From positions 1 through 37,179 of IMG/VR virus record IMGVR_UViG_3300013014_000068: a stretch of DNA of 37,179 bases; one strand, given 5' to 3'. This document shows, in pieces, positions 24,225 to 33,670 of the stretch. Within the stretch, counting starts at the first letter, position 1; the number at the start of each line of letters is the position of its first letter. Under the pieces are notes generated by a model. That model was not told the DNA's origin and ran no database searches. It saw only the letters and a program-made list of their open reading frames with translations. The position numbers were made by a program, and so were the translations under genes. This DNA comes from a virus. Its lineage: Duplodnaviria; Caudoviricetes.

Positions 24225-27200
24225 CAGATGTGTGGTTCTTGGTGTGAGCGGCGCATACCGATGTGGACAGCGTGGATCGTGGGGGCGTTCCCTACGCGTA
24301 TGTCGGGGAAGTTTTCGCGTGCGGACACTACGTCTAGTTGGACTGTTATTTCGGAGGATCGTAGCGATAACGCCGAGGACAGTCGGATGGGTTGGTTGGG
24401 GGAATCTATCCAGAATCGTGTGGTGGTGCGTTCTGCGTCCCAGCCGTGAACGGTCACGTCAACATAGCCGGTGCCTTCAGCGATAATGACGGCTTCTTCA
24501 ACCATGACGGTGCGGTTGATGGTGCGTTGTAGCGGCTGTGAAATCCACCGGTATTGTTGTGCGGCTAGCCCGTTGCGACTGCTGTACACATCAATGGGAT
24601 AGTTTTCGTTTTCGTTGTCGCTGAATGCGGCGCGTACCGCGTACATGTCTCCGAATGCGTTGGGGGCATAGAACATGTATTTGTATTTGTTGTATGGGTC
24701 TTCGGGGTCGTTGAGTCGGAACCAGCCTCCGGTTCGAACGTCCATGATCCATCCGTTGGGAAGGTATGCGAACGGATAGTTGTATCCGAATCGGCCCATG
24801 ACACTGTTGTGTCGGGCTTCGTTCCAATCGGTTTTGTGTTCGGGGTCCCAAAAAAATCCGTCTAGTTGGGTGGATACGCGTTCGCTGGTGTCACCGTTGT
24901 TCCATATGAACGCCCCGGTGCGTGACCCGTACAGGTAGCCGAGGGGTGTCATTACTCCGTGGTGAACGGCGTGTTGTGTTGATTCGACTTTGGGGAGCGG
25001 TATTGCGCGTGCGGAATCTAACGCACCGGAGAGAAGAATTGCGCCGCCCCGGTTTTTGACAACCAGCATGTCGGAACCGTGAGAAATCATGGTGCCGATA
25101 CCGGACGGATTGTTGTTGTCGTAAATGTTTTGTTTGAGAATTACAGTGTTGTCGCCTACGCCAGTCAACGCGTTCGTTCCGGGGGTACCCGGTTTCTGTT
25201 CGTCAGGTCCAGCGGTTGCTACTTCGTTCGCTTTCCAAAAAGTCCAACTGCGATACTTCCCAGTTTTGGTTCCGGTGGCAACAGCAAGGTCACCGTTCGA
25301 TACGTTTGCTGGAATTGTTGACAGTTCGTTGTTACTTAGTTGGATCACAGCGTTGTATTCGCTGTATGCGATTGTTTCATCGCTATCTAATGTTTGATAC
25401 GCACCGTAATCGTTGGCGCGGTTGCGAAGATATGTGGAAGATAGGACCCCTACGAACCGTTTGTTGTGAGCAACAAGGAACCGTGCCGCTAAAGCAAGGT
25501 GTCGATCTAAACGATGTTGATGGTAGTCGGCGGGGTTTTCGGTGGCGGGGCTGACAGGTTTGTTGCGACGGCGAGGAAATACGCTGCGCCCACTGCCACC
25601 ATTTTTGGTGTTTGTTGTTGTTGTCCCGTTGATTTCTGAATACAGGCTGTCATCTAACGGATCGGGATAGATACCAAACAGGCTCGGGTAGAGGGCTTCG
25701 GTGCCGTCATCGGCTACGAGTGGCAGGTTTGTCCAACCGTGTGTGTGATCGGATGACGCAACAACAACAATTTTGCCGGGTTCGTTACTGCGTTCCACTT
25801 GACCTAACTGGTTGGTACGCAACTGTGGACTGGTGCGCCCTATCGCAATGCTGCCCGACGGATACAAGTTAGCGGTCGTGTTGTTTGCTCTACCGCCCGC
25901 AATGTTGATGTTGTACGTTTCGCCGGTTGCTTTAGTAACTGGCGTGTACTGGTTACCGGAGCCGGTAGTTCCGGGTTGACCCGCATAAGTTGCTTCCATA
26001 GCGCGACGCAACACAACTTCGTTGTTCGGGTTTTGTGTTGTTGACTCAAGGTTTTGAAGCATCCCACCGCGTGTCGTGCGTTCGTGCAGCCGATACAAAC
26101 GCCATTCGGTGATTGGTCTACCACCCACATTTGCCCAGTTAGCGTTGTTAGCAAACGGTGCAGAAGTGTTGGCTTTAGAGGTGTAATACATGAGGACATG
26201 TATCTGGTCGGGTTGGTCCATGTTGGCACCCGAATCGGCTGCGTAAGTAAACCAGTTTCGTCCCGCCCCTAACGATGGGGTGACCCCAACTTTTGGATCG
26301 TACGAAATGATGGGTGACACAACACCGATGTCTAGAATGCCGATTTCTGCGGCGGGTTGAGCAAACTTGTTTGCGCCTGTCGTGTTGATGTCACGTTTGT
26401 GACGTTCCATCAACCGGGGTAGGGGACGCAACCCGCCATCGGGGTCACCGTAACAACCGTAGGTGCTGATTGTGTCCACGCTACGAAATGGGGCTACTTC
26501 TAGTTCGGAGAACTGCAACACGCATACGGTGACGGTGCTGTCAGGTACAGGTTCGTAGATGATGGTGTCACCTTGGAACGTGCCAACAACATGATGAACG
26601 TATCCGATAGATGCGTCGTCTTGAGTGCCGCCGTAGTTCACTGAACCGTACGTTGCACCGCTGCCATAGGTGTTGAGTTGCGGATTGGTGGTTTGTTGCC
26701 CAACTTCGCGTATATCGGGGCCACCATCGAACGGTATTTCGGTGGGTGACGGATCGGTAGTGGGACTAAACGCCAACGAAACAAGTTGAGTTTTTGTTTC
26801 GTCAACTGTTGTGAGGTTGATCGTGCCGTCAGCGGCAACGGATTGTGTTTCAACGAGTTCGATGCCTCGTCCTTCACCAACAATATCTATGGTCAGTCCA
26901 GTGAATTCGATTTGGACTAGATGTGCGGTGATGTATGTGCCGGTGCCACAAAAATCGATGACTGGTGATAAAGAATCTGACCACCAGTAGCCGGTTCCTT
27001 CGGTCCAATCTTCGTTCGATGGGACCATTACCCCATCAGTTGAAATGAACAGTAGAAACAATCTGCCGACGTACGGGTTGATGGACAGCCCGTGGTTCCA
27101 TGACCAGCCTTCAAACGTATCCAACGGCGAATACGATATTTGTTTCAAAAATTTGGTTTCGACGGGGGGGACGTTTATTTCGGTGAGGGTCGTAACCGAA

Positions 27201-27319
27201 AAATCTTTGCGTGCCGCCCCGTCTTTGCCAAGAGTTGTGCCAACAGTGAGACTGTATTTTGAGTAGATACCAGCCTTGTAATCGACAAGGGATACATAAT
27301 CAAGGTCGTCGCGTGACAT
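24224..27319 (-). CDS. Tail nozzle / tubular protein B-like (beta-propeller) protein
   Basis: 1031 aa, beta-rich; N-terminal SLVDYKAGI and GGLRPLP; propeller-like C-terminal blades; position upstream of the adaptor. Confidence 0.65.
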   Translation of the reverse strand: MSRDDLDYVSLVDYKAGIYSKYSLTVGTTLGKDGAARKDFSVTTLTEINVPPVETKFLKQISYSPLDTFEGWSWNHGLSINPYVGRLFLLFISTDGVMVPSNEDWTEGTGYWWSDSLSPVIDFCGTGTYITAHLVQIEFTGLTIDIVGEGRGIELVETQSVAADGTINLTTVDETKTQLVSLAFSPTTDPSPTEIPFDGGPDIREVGQQTTNPQLNTYGSGATYGSVNYGGTQDDASIGYVHHVVGTFQGDTIIYEPVPDSTVTVCVLQFSELEVAPFRSVDTISTYGCYGDPDGGLRPLPRLMERHKRDINTTGANKFAQPAAEIGILDIGVVSPIISYDPKVGVTPSLGAGRNWFTYAADSGANMDQPDQIHVLMYYTSKANTSAPFANNANWANVGGRPITEWRLYRLHERTTRGGMLQNLESTTQNPNNEVVLRRAMEATYAGQPGTTGSGNQYTPVTKATGETYNINIAGGRANNTTANLYPSGSIAIGRTSPQLRTNQLGQVERSNEPGKIVVVASSDHTHGWTNLPLVADDGTEALYPSLFGIYPDPLDDSLYSEINGTTTTNTKNGGSGRSVFPRRRNKPVSPATENPADYHQHRLDRHLALAARFLVAHNKRFVGVLSSTYLRNRANDYGAYQTLDSDETIAYSEYNAVIQLSNNELSTIPANVSNGDLAVATGTKTGKYRSWTFWKANEVATAGPDEQKPGTPGTNALTGVGDNTVILKQNIYDNNNPSGIGTMISHGSDMLVVKNRGGAILLSGALDSARAIPLPKVESTQHAVHHGVMTPLGYLYGSRTGAFIWNNGDTSERVSTQLDGFFWDPEHKTDWNEARHNSVMGRFGYNYPFAYLPNGWIMDVRTGGWFRLNDPEDPYNKYKYMFYAPNAFGDMYAVRAAFSDNENENYPIDVYSSRNGLAAQQYRWISQPLQRTINRTVMVEEAVIIAEGTGYVDVTVHGWDAERTTTRFWIDSPNQPIRLSSALSLRSSEITVQLDVVSARENFPDIRVGNAPTIHAVHIGMRRSHQEPHI

Positions 27320-27326
27320 GACTAGT

Positions 27327-27332
27327 ATTCTA
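27327..27332 (-). promoter_or_regulatory. Putative leaderless -10 box TAGAAT, 7 nt before ATG 27319
   Basis: TAGAAT-actagtc-ATG; the TAG is the stop of 27330-27635; no SD sequence. Confidence 0.6.
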
Positions 27333-27635
27333 CGGCATTAGTTCAGAAGTGAAAGGGACACAAATTTCGATGAATAAACGGATTGTGTCTAACGCCAGTT
27401 CGTGAGAACGAATGTCTGCTTTGACAGATAACTGTTCGGAACGAAACTCGGCAGTGTTGACTTTCACTTCGTTTTCTTTACCACCCAAAGTTTCGGATGA
27501 AGAACGAAGAATTGTTGAAGTACGCGCTTCGATTTCTGCGACTTCTAGTAACGCAAGTTCTTTGGTAAGTGACGCGATTTCTCTGACCCGTGCAACGAGG
27601 TGAGGTAGCCATGCCGGATCGTAGTCAGAGTTCAT
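27330..27635 (-). CDS. Hypothetical coiled-coil protein
   Basis: 101-aa helical ORF overlapping the holin stop. Confidence 0.7.
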   Translation of the reverse strand: MNSDYDPAWLPHLVARVREIASLTKELALLEVAEIEARTSTILRSSSETLGGKENEVKVNTAEFRSEQLSVKADIRSHELALDTIRLFIEICVPFTSELMP

Positions 27636-27840
27636 TGCTATCTAACTGTTGGCGTAGCAACGTAACCCAGTTGTAGATCACACTGATTGCCGCACCGATC
27701 CCGGACATTGCTACGGTTTGCCATGCGTTGACAGTCATGTCGAACACGTTGACACCGATCAGTGTTGATAAAGCAACTTCGATGAAAGTCACCGCGGCAC
27801 GCAAAGCAACATGCCGCGGTGATTCCAATTTGTTACTCAA
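27625..27840 (-). CDS. Holin, r1t-like (2 TM)
   Basis: RAAVTFIEVALS...W..VA...IGAAISVI matches the r1t-type holin pattern. Confidence 0.7.
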   Translation of the reverse strand: MSNKLESPRHVALRAAVTFIEVALSTLIGVNVFDMTVNAWQTVAMSGIGAAISVIYNWVTLLRQQLDSNEL

Positions 27841-28435
27841 CGGTCTTACGGCGGCGAGTTACCGGCGTTTTGGTAGGAACGTCGTCGGCTACGTCATCAA
27901 TGACATCAACAGGATCAATGCTGTCAAGGTTGAGGCGTGGCGCGTTGCCGATAGCGGGACCGTTGTCGGCGGGTACGTCGATGCCTGCGGCAGCGGTGGC
28001 ACGTTCCTGAACTTGGAGTAGCCCAGTGAGTTGCTTCATTTGTGACTTCAAACGATCCATTTGTGAACGCATCGCCGCAGCATCAAGTTCTTCATGCTCG
28101 TCGCGTTGCAAAGCGTTTTCGCCTTTTGGATCGTCGTAGATCGTGATGATGCGTTCCTCATCACTGTCATACGCTTCCAAAGTAGGCCACCGGTTTTTTT
28201 GGTTGTCGTTCTGTGTGCCGTACAGGGCGTGAATTCGTTTGTATTCCATGTCGCGAATGTTGTCGCGTCCGTTGTTGCGGAGGAACGGGTTGCCCATCAG
28301 ATGGTCTAGGTGTGCCCATGGAACAGTTTTGCGGGCACCGGCTTCAATGGTGTGATATTTGCCTAGGCACCTGTATTTGAATGCGCTGTCACCTGCGTTG
28401 AGAATCGTGACGTATTCACCGGGTTCGGTAATCAT
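27833..28435 (-). CDS. Hypothetical protein downstream of capsid genes (coiled coil, basic tail)
   Basis: AGGAG RBS; 200 aa. Confidence 0.8.
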   Translation of the reverse strand: MITEPGEYVTILNAGDSAFKYRCLGKYHTIEAGARKTVPWAHLDHLMGNPFLRNNGRDNIRDMEYKRIHALYGTQNDNQKNRWPTLEAYDSDEERIITIYDDPKGENALQRDEHEELDAAAMRSQMDRLKSQMKQLTGLLQVQERATAAAGIDVPADNGPAIGNAPRLNLDSIDPVDVIDDVADDVPTKTPVTRRRKTVE

Positions 28436-28477
28436 GTGGCTCCTAATAGTCCGGGGGAGTGATTTGTGATGTTACAT

Positions 28478-28514
28478 GCAAATTCCCTCGGTTGGGAGCA
28501 CCGAGGGAATTTGC
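28478..28514 (-). terminator. Perfect 15-bp stem-loop after capsid/decoration genes
   Basis: gcaaattccctcggt-tgggagc-accgagggaatttgc. Confidence 0.8.
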
Positions 28515-28532
28515 GTTTGCTGTGGTTTGAGA

Positions 28533-28991
28533 TCAGTCGCTTAGCAAAGTGATGTATGGGCTGATCTTGACAAGGATCGGCTCGTTGATTGCACCTGATG
28601 TGAGAGCGATTCCAAAGATGCAATCGCCTGCGCTGAAGCCGGGAACTTCAATAACTTTGCCCCCAGTGGTTGCACAGACCGGTGAACCAGCATCAACTGT
28701 TCCGCCTGCGGTGACGGCTGCTACGCCTGCGGTTGCTACCTTTGCAATCTGTGGCCGTCCTGCTACACCGGTTACGGTGTCCAAAGCGACACCGATTGTG
28801 CCAGTGAAACCAGTTTTGCTGGTAGCCGTTTCGATTTCGGCGTTTGTTCCGGTACACGCTACGACTCGTCCAGCAGTAACAGTTTCTTCTTCAACGACGG
28901 TGAACTCACCGAACGTGTGGGGGAAAGTGTCGTCTGCTACGGGATCAATTCCGTATGCGCCGGTGGTGTTGGTAAAAAGTCGTTCTGCCAT
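28533..28991 (-). CDS. Capsid decoration/cement protein (DUF2190-like)
   Basis: AGGAGG RBS before ATG 28991; TIGVALD, VATAGVA, GIAL motifs; immediately after the MCP. Confidence 0.78.
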   Translation of the reverse strand: MAERLFTNTTGAYGIDPVADDTFPHTFGEFTVVEEETVTAGRVVACTGTNAEIETATSKTGFTGTIGVALDTVTGVAGRPQIAKVATAGVAAVTAGGTVDAGSPVCATTGGKVIEVPGFSAGDCIFGIALTSGAINEPILVKISPYITLLSD

Positions 28992-29007
28992 TTTGGTCCT
29001 CCTAGAT

Positions 29008-29982
29008 TCAGGCCGACTGGAAGCCGGTGTGCTTGGCGTGACGGGCGCGGTTCGTGACAACGAGGTTGCCTGCGAACAGCATCTTGGCAACCATCGCGTC
29101 TTGCGTGATGCCTTCTTGGAAGTCGGTGATAACCATGTCGCCGCGTGGGGATACACACCAGTAGATGTAATCCTCGTTGAGCATGTAGACGCTGGACAGG
29201 TCGTTGGCACCGTCTGGTACGTTGGGGTCGGTAACCCACGGAACACCGTTGAACAACAGGTTCGTGAAACCGCCCGCATACAACTGCTCGTCGTATGCCT
29301 GTGGTCCCTGCCAGATTGTCTGGTTGTTGGTACCAAGGTTCCAATATTCGTTGTAGGCGTTCTGCTGCGACACAATGATCGAAGGGTGACGGCCACCAAC
29401 GGAAGCGTTGGAGAACAACTGGTTCAAGTTGTTGAGCGTGATGTCCTGCGAAGCAGTGGTTTCAGTGGACTTCCACCATGTTTCGGTGGATGGGTTCAAC
29501 CCGGCGTAGGGAAGGGTGGCGTCTACGGCGAGGCCGATGCCATCAATTTCCTTGCCAGTTCCACCAGTGTTGTCGCCCCAAATAGCGGCACCAAGATTTG
29601 CTGCCATTTCCATTTCGGCTTGCGCGAACTGCAACTTGATGAAGTTCGCAATTGATTCTGGTGAATCAACCTTGATGAGAGTACGTCCGTCTACTGCGAC
29701 AGAAACGTAGTACTGACGCCAGTCCCATGCACCGTTCTTTACGGTGTCGGAAGGGCTGATCGACAGGACATCAAGTCCCTGATATGCGCCGCCGTTTGAG
29801 AACCGCGAGTACATGAGGGGCACTTCGATTTGGGTGCCACCCTTGATGAAACGCTTGCTCTTGTTGATTCGGAAGAAAATCGGGTTGGAGTTGTAGACGT
29901 TATCCACAATCGTCGGCATGATGTACCGGCGACTGATTGACGTAACTACGTTCGTTCCGATTGGGGTGACTGCACCAGCCAT
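29008..29982 (-). CDS. Major capsid protein (HK97 fold)
   Basis: IVDNVYNSNPIF, GGTQIEVPL, EIDGI, GGFTNLLFNGVP, GNLVVTNRARH; AGGAGG RBS; follows the scaffold gene. Confidence 0.9.
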   Translation of the reverse strand: MAGAVTPIGTNVVTSISRRYIMPTIVDNVYNSNPIFFRINKSKRFIKGGTQIEVPLMYSRFSNGGAYQGLDVLSISPSDTVKNGAWDWRQYYVSVAVDGRTLIKVDSPESIANFIKLQFAQAEMEMAANLGAAIWGDNTGGTGKEIDGIGLAVDATLPYAGLNPSTETWWKSTETTASQDITLNNLNQLFSNASVGGRHPSIIVSQQNAYNEYWNLGTNNQTIWQGPQAYDEQLYAGGFTNLLFNGVPWVTDPNVPDGANDLSSVYMLNEDYIYWCVSPRGDMVITDFQEGITQDAMVAKMLFAGNLVVTNRARHAKHTGFQSA

Positions 29983-30023
29983 GTGTGGACCTCCTGCGGG
30001 TATGTCTGCTGTGCTTGACGGTC

Positions 30024-30068
30024 AGCATAACCCAACAGGTTTCAAATGTAAGCGATCCACACTTACAT
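30024..30068 (-). promoter_or_regulatory. Candidate capsid promoter CTTACA-17-TATGCT with -35 inside an inverted repeat
   Basis: + strand agcata (30024-29), tgtaag (30047-52), IR atgtaag/cttacat (30046-68). Confidence 0.4.
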
Positions 30069-30086
30069 CCCGAATAAATGCGTTAT

Positions 30087-31076
30087 TTATAATCCTTCAA
30101 GGCTGCGACGGATTTCTTCAATCATCGCTTCCTCGGGATTCAACGCGCTCATATCGGGTTCTGTGCCAGACGAACCAGACACCGCACTTGCTCGCATTCC
30201 ACGCATAGCCTGTTCTTGCGCCGCTTGCATTTCTTCTTGCAACCGCTGGTCAATCATTGGCTGAACGGCTTTCATACGCAACTGAGGGTCGGTAAACAAA
30301 GCCTGATCCAACGATCTGAGGGTCGCTGTTTGCGAATCGTATTGCGAAGCAAACGTTTCAAACACACCACTATTCAAAACCCATTCTTGGGCTTTAAGCA
30401 TGTCTGACGGTTCAAGATATGAATGCTGCGAACACCAGTATTGGAAAGTGTCGTCAATGATTTGTGCTTGCTGTTCAACTGTCTCATTGATCTGAGAGTT
30501 GATTTGTTGCTGCTCAAAGAACTCAACTTTGTTTTTGAGTTCCATCATTTCTTGAACGAGTGGGTCTTCGGGGTCAACGTCTCCGTATTGCCCGTATTCT
30601 TCTTCGTTGATTCGTTCTTGCTGAGGGGCGTGTAGTTGATCCCAGTTTTGTTGCAGAGTTTCGATTTGTTCTGCGGGAACAAGTACATAGTCACCGGATA
30701 GTGCTGCGTCTACGGTCGCTACAGCGGTCTGGTCTAGTTTCTGATACCAGTCAAAAACACCTCGCGCCATTTGTTGCTGCGAGTCGTCGTACCCAGTCCA
30801 AACAGTTTCCTGTTGGGGTTCTGGTTCGCTTGTTTCGCTGTAGTCATCTACAGGTTCAACAAAGTCCAACGCGGCCCCACCCGTGGATGGGACCGCGGCC
30901 TCGCTCCCCGGACTGGGCGAGGCATCCACGGGAGTCTCGTCAGGGGTCGCAGAGGATTGCGCCTCACGGGCGTTGAATTGTTCAACGACTTGCGATTCGA
31001 ATTCCGAAAAATCGGTTTCTTCAAGTTCGTTGGGGTCTACGTCGTCACCGGGCGGCGACGGTTCAAAATCTGTCAC
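30087..31076 (-). CDS. Capsid scaffolding protein
   Basis: Very acidic, disordered N-terminus plus helical C-terminus, directly upstream of the MCP; GGAGG RBS favours GTG 31076. Confidence 0.78.
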   Translation of the reverse strand: MTDFEPSPPGDDVDPNELEETDFSEFESQVVEQFNAREAQSSATPDETPVDASPSPGSEAAVPSTGGAALDFVEPVDDYSETSEPEPQQETVWTGYDDSQQQMARGVFDWYQKLDQTAVATVDAALSGDYVLVPAEQIETLQQNWDQLHAPQQERINEEEYGQYGDVDPEDPLVQEMMELKNKVEFFEQQQINSQINETVEQQAQIIDDTFQYWCSQHSYLEPSDMLKAQEWVLNSGVFETFASQYDSQTATLRSLDQALFTDPQLRMKAVQPMIDQRLQEEMQAAQEQAMRGMRASAVSGSSGTEPDMSALNPEEAMIEEIRRSLEGL

Positions 31077-31110
31077 GGGTTCCTCCAAAGGGTCCGGGGG
31101 GAGGGGTTAT

Positions 31111-31425
31111 TTAGCCGAGTAGTCGTTGGAGTTCATCCGGTGACGGCATCGGTGGCTGCTGACGCAAACCGGGAGGTCCTGCGTCTGGTGGCGGCGGGGT
31201 CATTGGTGGCCCCATTTCTGGCATAGGAGGCATCGTTGGCCCCTGTGACGGTTGCATTGCTGCTGCTGCCGCATCCATTGGTGCCCGCAACTTTTGTAGA
31301 ATTTGGGTTTCCAAATCTACAAGAAATTGTAGGTCTGCGTCGGGCATGGTTTTAGCAACGGTCAACTCCCGAAGGATGTTGACCATTACTTCGTCCATTG
31401 TGTTAGTGGAACGACCGCCTGCCAT
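31111..31425 (-). CDS. Hypothetical Pro/Met-rich head-module protein
   Basis: 104-aa ORF filling the gap before the scaffold. Confidence 0.75.
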   Translation of the reverse strand: MAGGRSTNTMDEVMVNILRELTVAKTMPDADLQFLVDLETQILQKLRAPMDAAAAAMQPSQGPTMPPMPEMGPPMTPPPPDAGPPGLRQQPPMPSPDELQRLLG

Positions 31426-31431
31426 AACTTG

Positions 31432-31569
31432 TTACTTCAAGTTGAGGTCGCGTGGCTTGACGCGCTTTGTGGGCTTGGCGTCAACCATGTGGCCGTACTG
31501 CTCAGTTGAGGTGTGGCCCTGCCGGTCAAGGTCGGCGCTACCAGTCTTCTGCTTGATCTGTTCAGGCAT
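31432..31569 (-). CDS. Small 45-aa protein (MPEQIKQKTGSADLDRQGHTSTEQYGHMVDAKPTKRVKPRDLNLK)
   Basis: Translated by hand, below the track cut-off; TAGGAG RBS; fills the intergenic gap. Confidence 0.75.
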   Translation of the reverse strand: MPEQIKQKTGSADLDRQGHTSTEQYGHMVDAKPTKRVKPRDLNLK

Positions 31570-31610
31570 TTTGTCTCCTAGCATTTCGAGGTGTGTATAG
31601 GGTACCCGAT

Positions 31611-32693
31611 TTATGGTTCTAACGCTGTTATTCGTTCAGCGAGAATATCTAATCCGCCTTTTGTGGCGACGGGTGGGGTGACGGATGCGACAGCGATACT
31701 GTTTACCGATCCGGCAACACTGCTCATATCGACGCGTTCAAAACTGTCAAACGTGAGTGCGTTGGTTCCAAAGTTGGTGGGCCAACTGTTATCGGACGGG
31801 ACACCGAACACTGCGTTGTTGAGGTTCCGGTCGTAAAGAATTGCCCCATATTTTTTGAGGGTTCTTGCAAACGCGCGGAGTGGTTCGTTGGGGAGGGCTG
31901 CGACGTTAAAATCGGATTTGAGTCGGATGATTGATCCGTTGGGTAGCCCGTTGGCTTGTGCGCCGTCTTTCCATCTGGCGGGCCACACGTTGCTGTTCTG
32001 GTAGTCATGGGCAACCCAACCCACCATGTGGCCGAGGTCTCCTCCTCCGGCTGCAACAAGGTCCGCATAGTTGAATAGGAGCGGTGCGAGGGGGATACGG
32101 GCGGCGATTACTCCGGGGGCGGTTGGTCCTGCCGAACCGGGGAGTGTTGTCGTTGACAAATCCCATGTCACAACATTTTCGGCGTATGGTCCACCGCTTG
32201 TTGTGTATCCCGTTGATTCAACAAGTTCGTTGTTTGTTTCGGCCCACATAATGGTGTGCCGATCACCGGATGCTTTGTTTTCTAGGAACGTGCCTGCGTT
32301 GTTACGGAACGCGTTTTCGGGGCGTAGATCGTTGAACCATGCGTGGCTCGTTCCGTTGGACAGGGTGCCACCCGCCGACAAATTCCATGTCGTTTTTGTG
32401 TATGCGGTGGGGTACGGGTAGGTGTCCACAAAATACGATGAGTCGTATTCGCTGTACAGATCAAACGGGTAAGTGAATGGGATTTGTGCGGTGAGACTGT
32501 TCCAGTTGTTCGCAGTGTATGTGCGAAGTTGCAGATAGTTGCGGCCTGTTGTGCTGATGTGATGGTTGCGTGTTTCGGTGAGGGTGGTATCACCGGCAAG
32601 TACAGGCAACTCGTCAACGGGCTGATAGTAAAACGAGTCAGTCCATTGGGTTCTGGTTGGGCTGTAGATCGCTGTTGCGAATGAGCGTGCCAT
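31611..32693 (-). CDS. Putative virion appendage / receptor-binding protein
   Basis: GDRH, AARIPLAPLL, GH, VWPA..DG, P.G..IRLK, LKKYGAILYD resemble an uncharacterised bacterial secreted domain; C-terminal LDILAERITALE shared with the upstream gene. Confidence 0.55.
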   Translation of the reverse strand: MARSFATAIYSPTRTQWTDSFYYQPVDELPVLAGDTTLTETRNHHISTTGRNYLQLRTYTANNWNSLTAQIPFTYPFDLYSEYDSSYFVDTYPYPTAYTKTTWNLSAGGTLSNGTSHAWFNDLRPENAFRNNAGTFLENKASGDRHTIMWAETNNELVESTGYTTSGGPYAENVVTWDLSTTTLPGSAGPTAPGVIAARIPLAPLLFNYADLVAAGGGDLGHMVGWVAHDYQNSNVWPARWKDGAQANGLPNGSIIRLKSDFNVAALPNEPLRAFARTLKKYGAILYDRNLNNAVFGVPSDNSWPTNFGTNALTFDSFERVDMSSVAGSVNSIAVASVTPPVATKGGLDILAERITALEP

Positions 32694-33670
32694 TACTCTA
32701 GGGCTGCGGCTCTCGCTGCGAGAATGTCTAGTGCTTCAGCAACGGTCGATGGGACTGTTCCGGGCCAATCACCGGGGGTGATTGGGGTGTACACGATTGC
32801 TGATGCGTCGATGGTGGGGATGCGTGTCGTCCAGTCGGTGCCATCGAATGTGAGGACAGCCCAGTTCAAATAGCCGGTGATTGGAAACGGGTCCAATACG
32901 GAAACGATGCCTTGCCCCGTGTTAGGAGAAATGAAAACGGTGTTGCCGGTGTTGCCGGTGTTGATGTACACCATTTCGCGTCCGGGGGTAATATTTTCGG
33001 GGAGGGTACGCGTTACGTCGCCTGCGGTGGTGTCTACATAGACGATGCCGAGGGGGGCACCCGAGTTTGATTCGTCGGTGCCGTCGGCGCTGACGGAACT
33101 AAACGCGGATGAGCGCGCTACTTCGGCACGATGGTGTTGTTGGGCGATGAGTTCTAGTCTGCCGTCGGGTGATTTGACGAACACAATGCCGGTGGACCAT
33201 TCAGCGACACCATCTTCGGGTTGTGGTCCGGGGACTACAAAATCACCGACTTGTACATCAAATGTGGTGTCGATTTGCCACGCACCAGAAACAAGTTTCC
33301 AAACACGTTCTTTGGTGGTGTCGTTTGTGAAGTCGCCGTTGAGGTAACTGGCGCACGCCATCGTGTCGCCGTTAGTTGCTTGTGCTGTAGCGAACCCACC
33401 CCACGGACTTTGGTACAGGAAATAGTCGGGTCCCCAGTCAAGGGTTTCGTCTACGAACGGTCCTTCGTCTGCTGCTTTGAGTGCAGCAAATCCGGGTCCG
33501 ATTGCGCCCGCATAGTCGGTGACGTGACTGTTTGCGTTGCCTGTTCCGCCACCCATTGAGCCGAGTTCAGCGATGATGTCGTTGATGTCGGCGGCGTGAA
33601 TGACATCGCCGTCGTTTGAACCGGGGGCGCTGTCGTCACTGAATGGGTATCCAGTGGGTGGGAATGGCAT
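32693..33670 (-). CDS. Putative fibre protein (head or tail fibre)
   Basis: N-terminal anchor-like VIHAADINDIIAELG; fibre-type VDTTAGDVTRTLP...FDGTDW domain; TGATG coupling at 33670. Confidence 0.65.
   Translation of the reverse strand: MPFPPTGYPFSDDSAPGSNDGDVIHAADINDIIAELGSMGGGTGNANSHVTDYAGAIGPGFAALKAADEGPFVDETLDWGPDYFLYQSPWGGFATAQATNGDTMACASYLNGDFTNDTTKERVWKLVSGAWQIDTTFDVQVGDFVVPGPQPEDGVAEWSTGIVFVKSPDGRLELIAQQHHRAEVARSSAFSSVSADGTDESNSGAPLGIVYVDTTAGDVTRTLPENITPGREMVYINTGNTGNTVFISPNTGQGIVSVLDPFPITGYLNWAVLTFDGTDWTTRIPTIDASAIVYTPITPGDWPGTVPSTVAEALDILAARAAALE

Noticed and set aside
28533-29399. Programmed frameshift fusing the major capsid to the decoration protein
   Set aside because: The +1 frame is open across the MCP 3' end, but there is no convincing slippery site (GCC TGA) and the decoration gene has its own AGGAGG RBS; proteomics would be needed to revive this.
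28549-29655. 368-aa + strand ORF
   Set aside because: Antisense shadow of the capsid and decoration genes.
22317-33670. Diversity-generating retroelement template/variable repeats
   Set aside because: No reverse transcriptase in the window; the repeats are short, and their differences are not adenine-specific.
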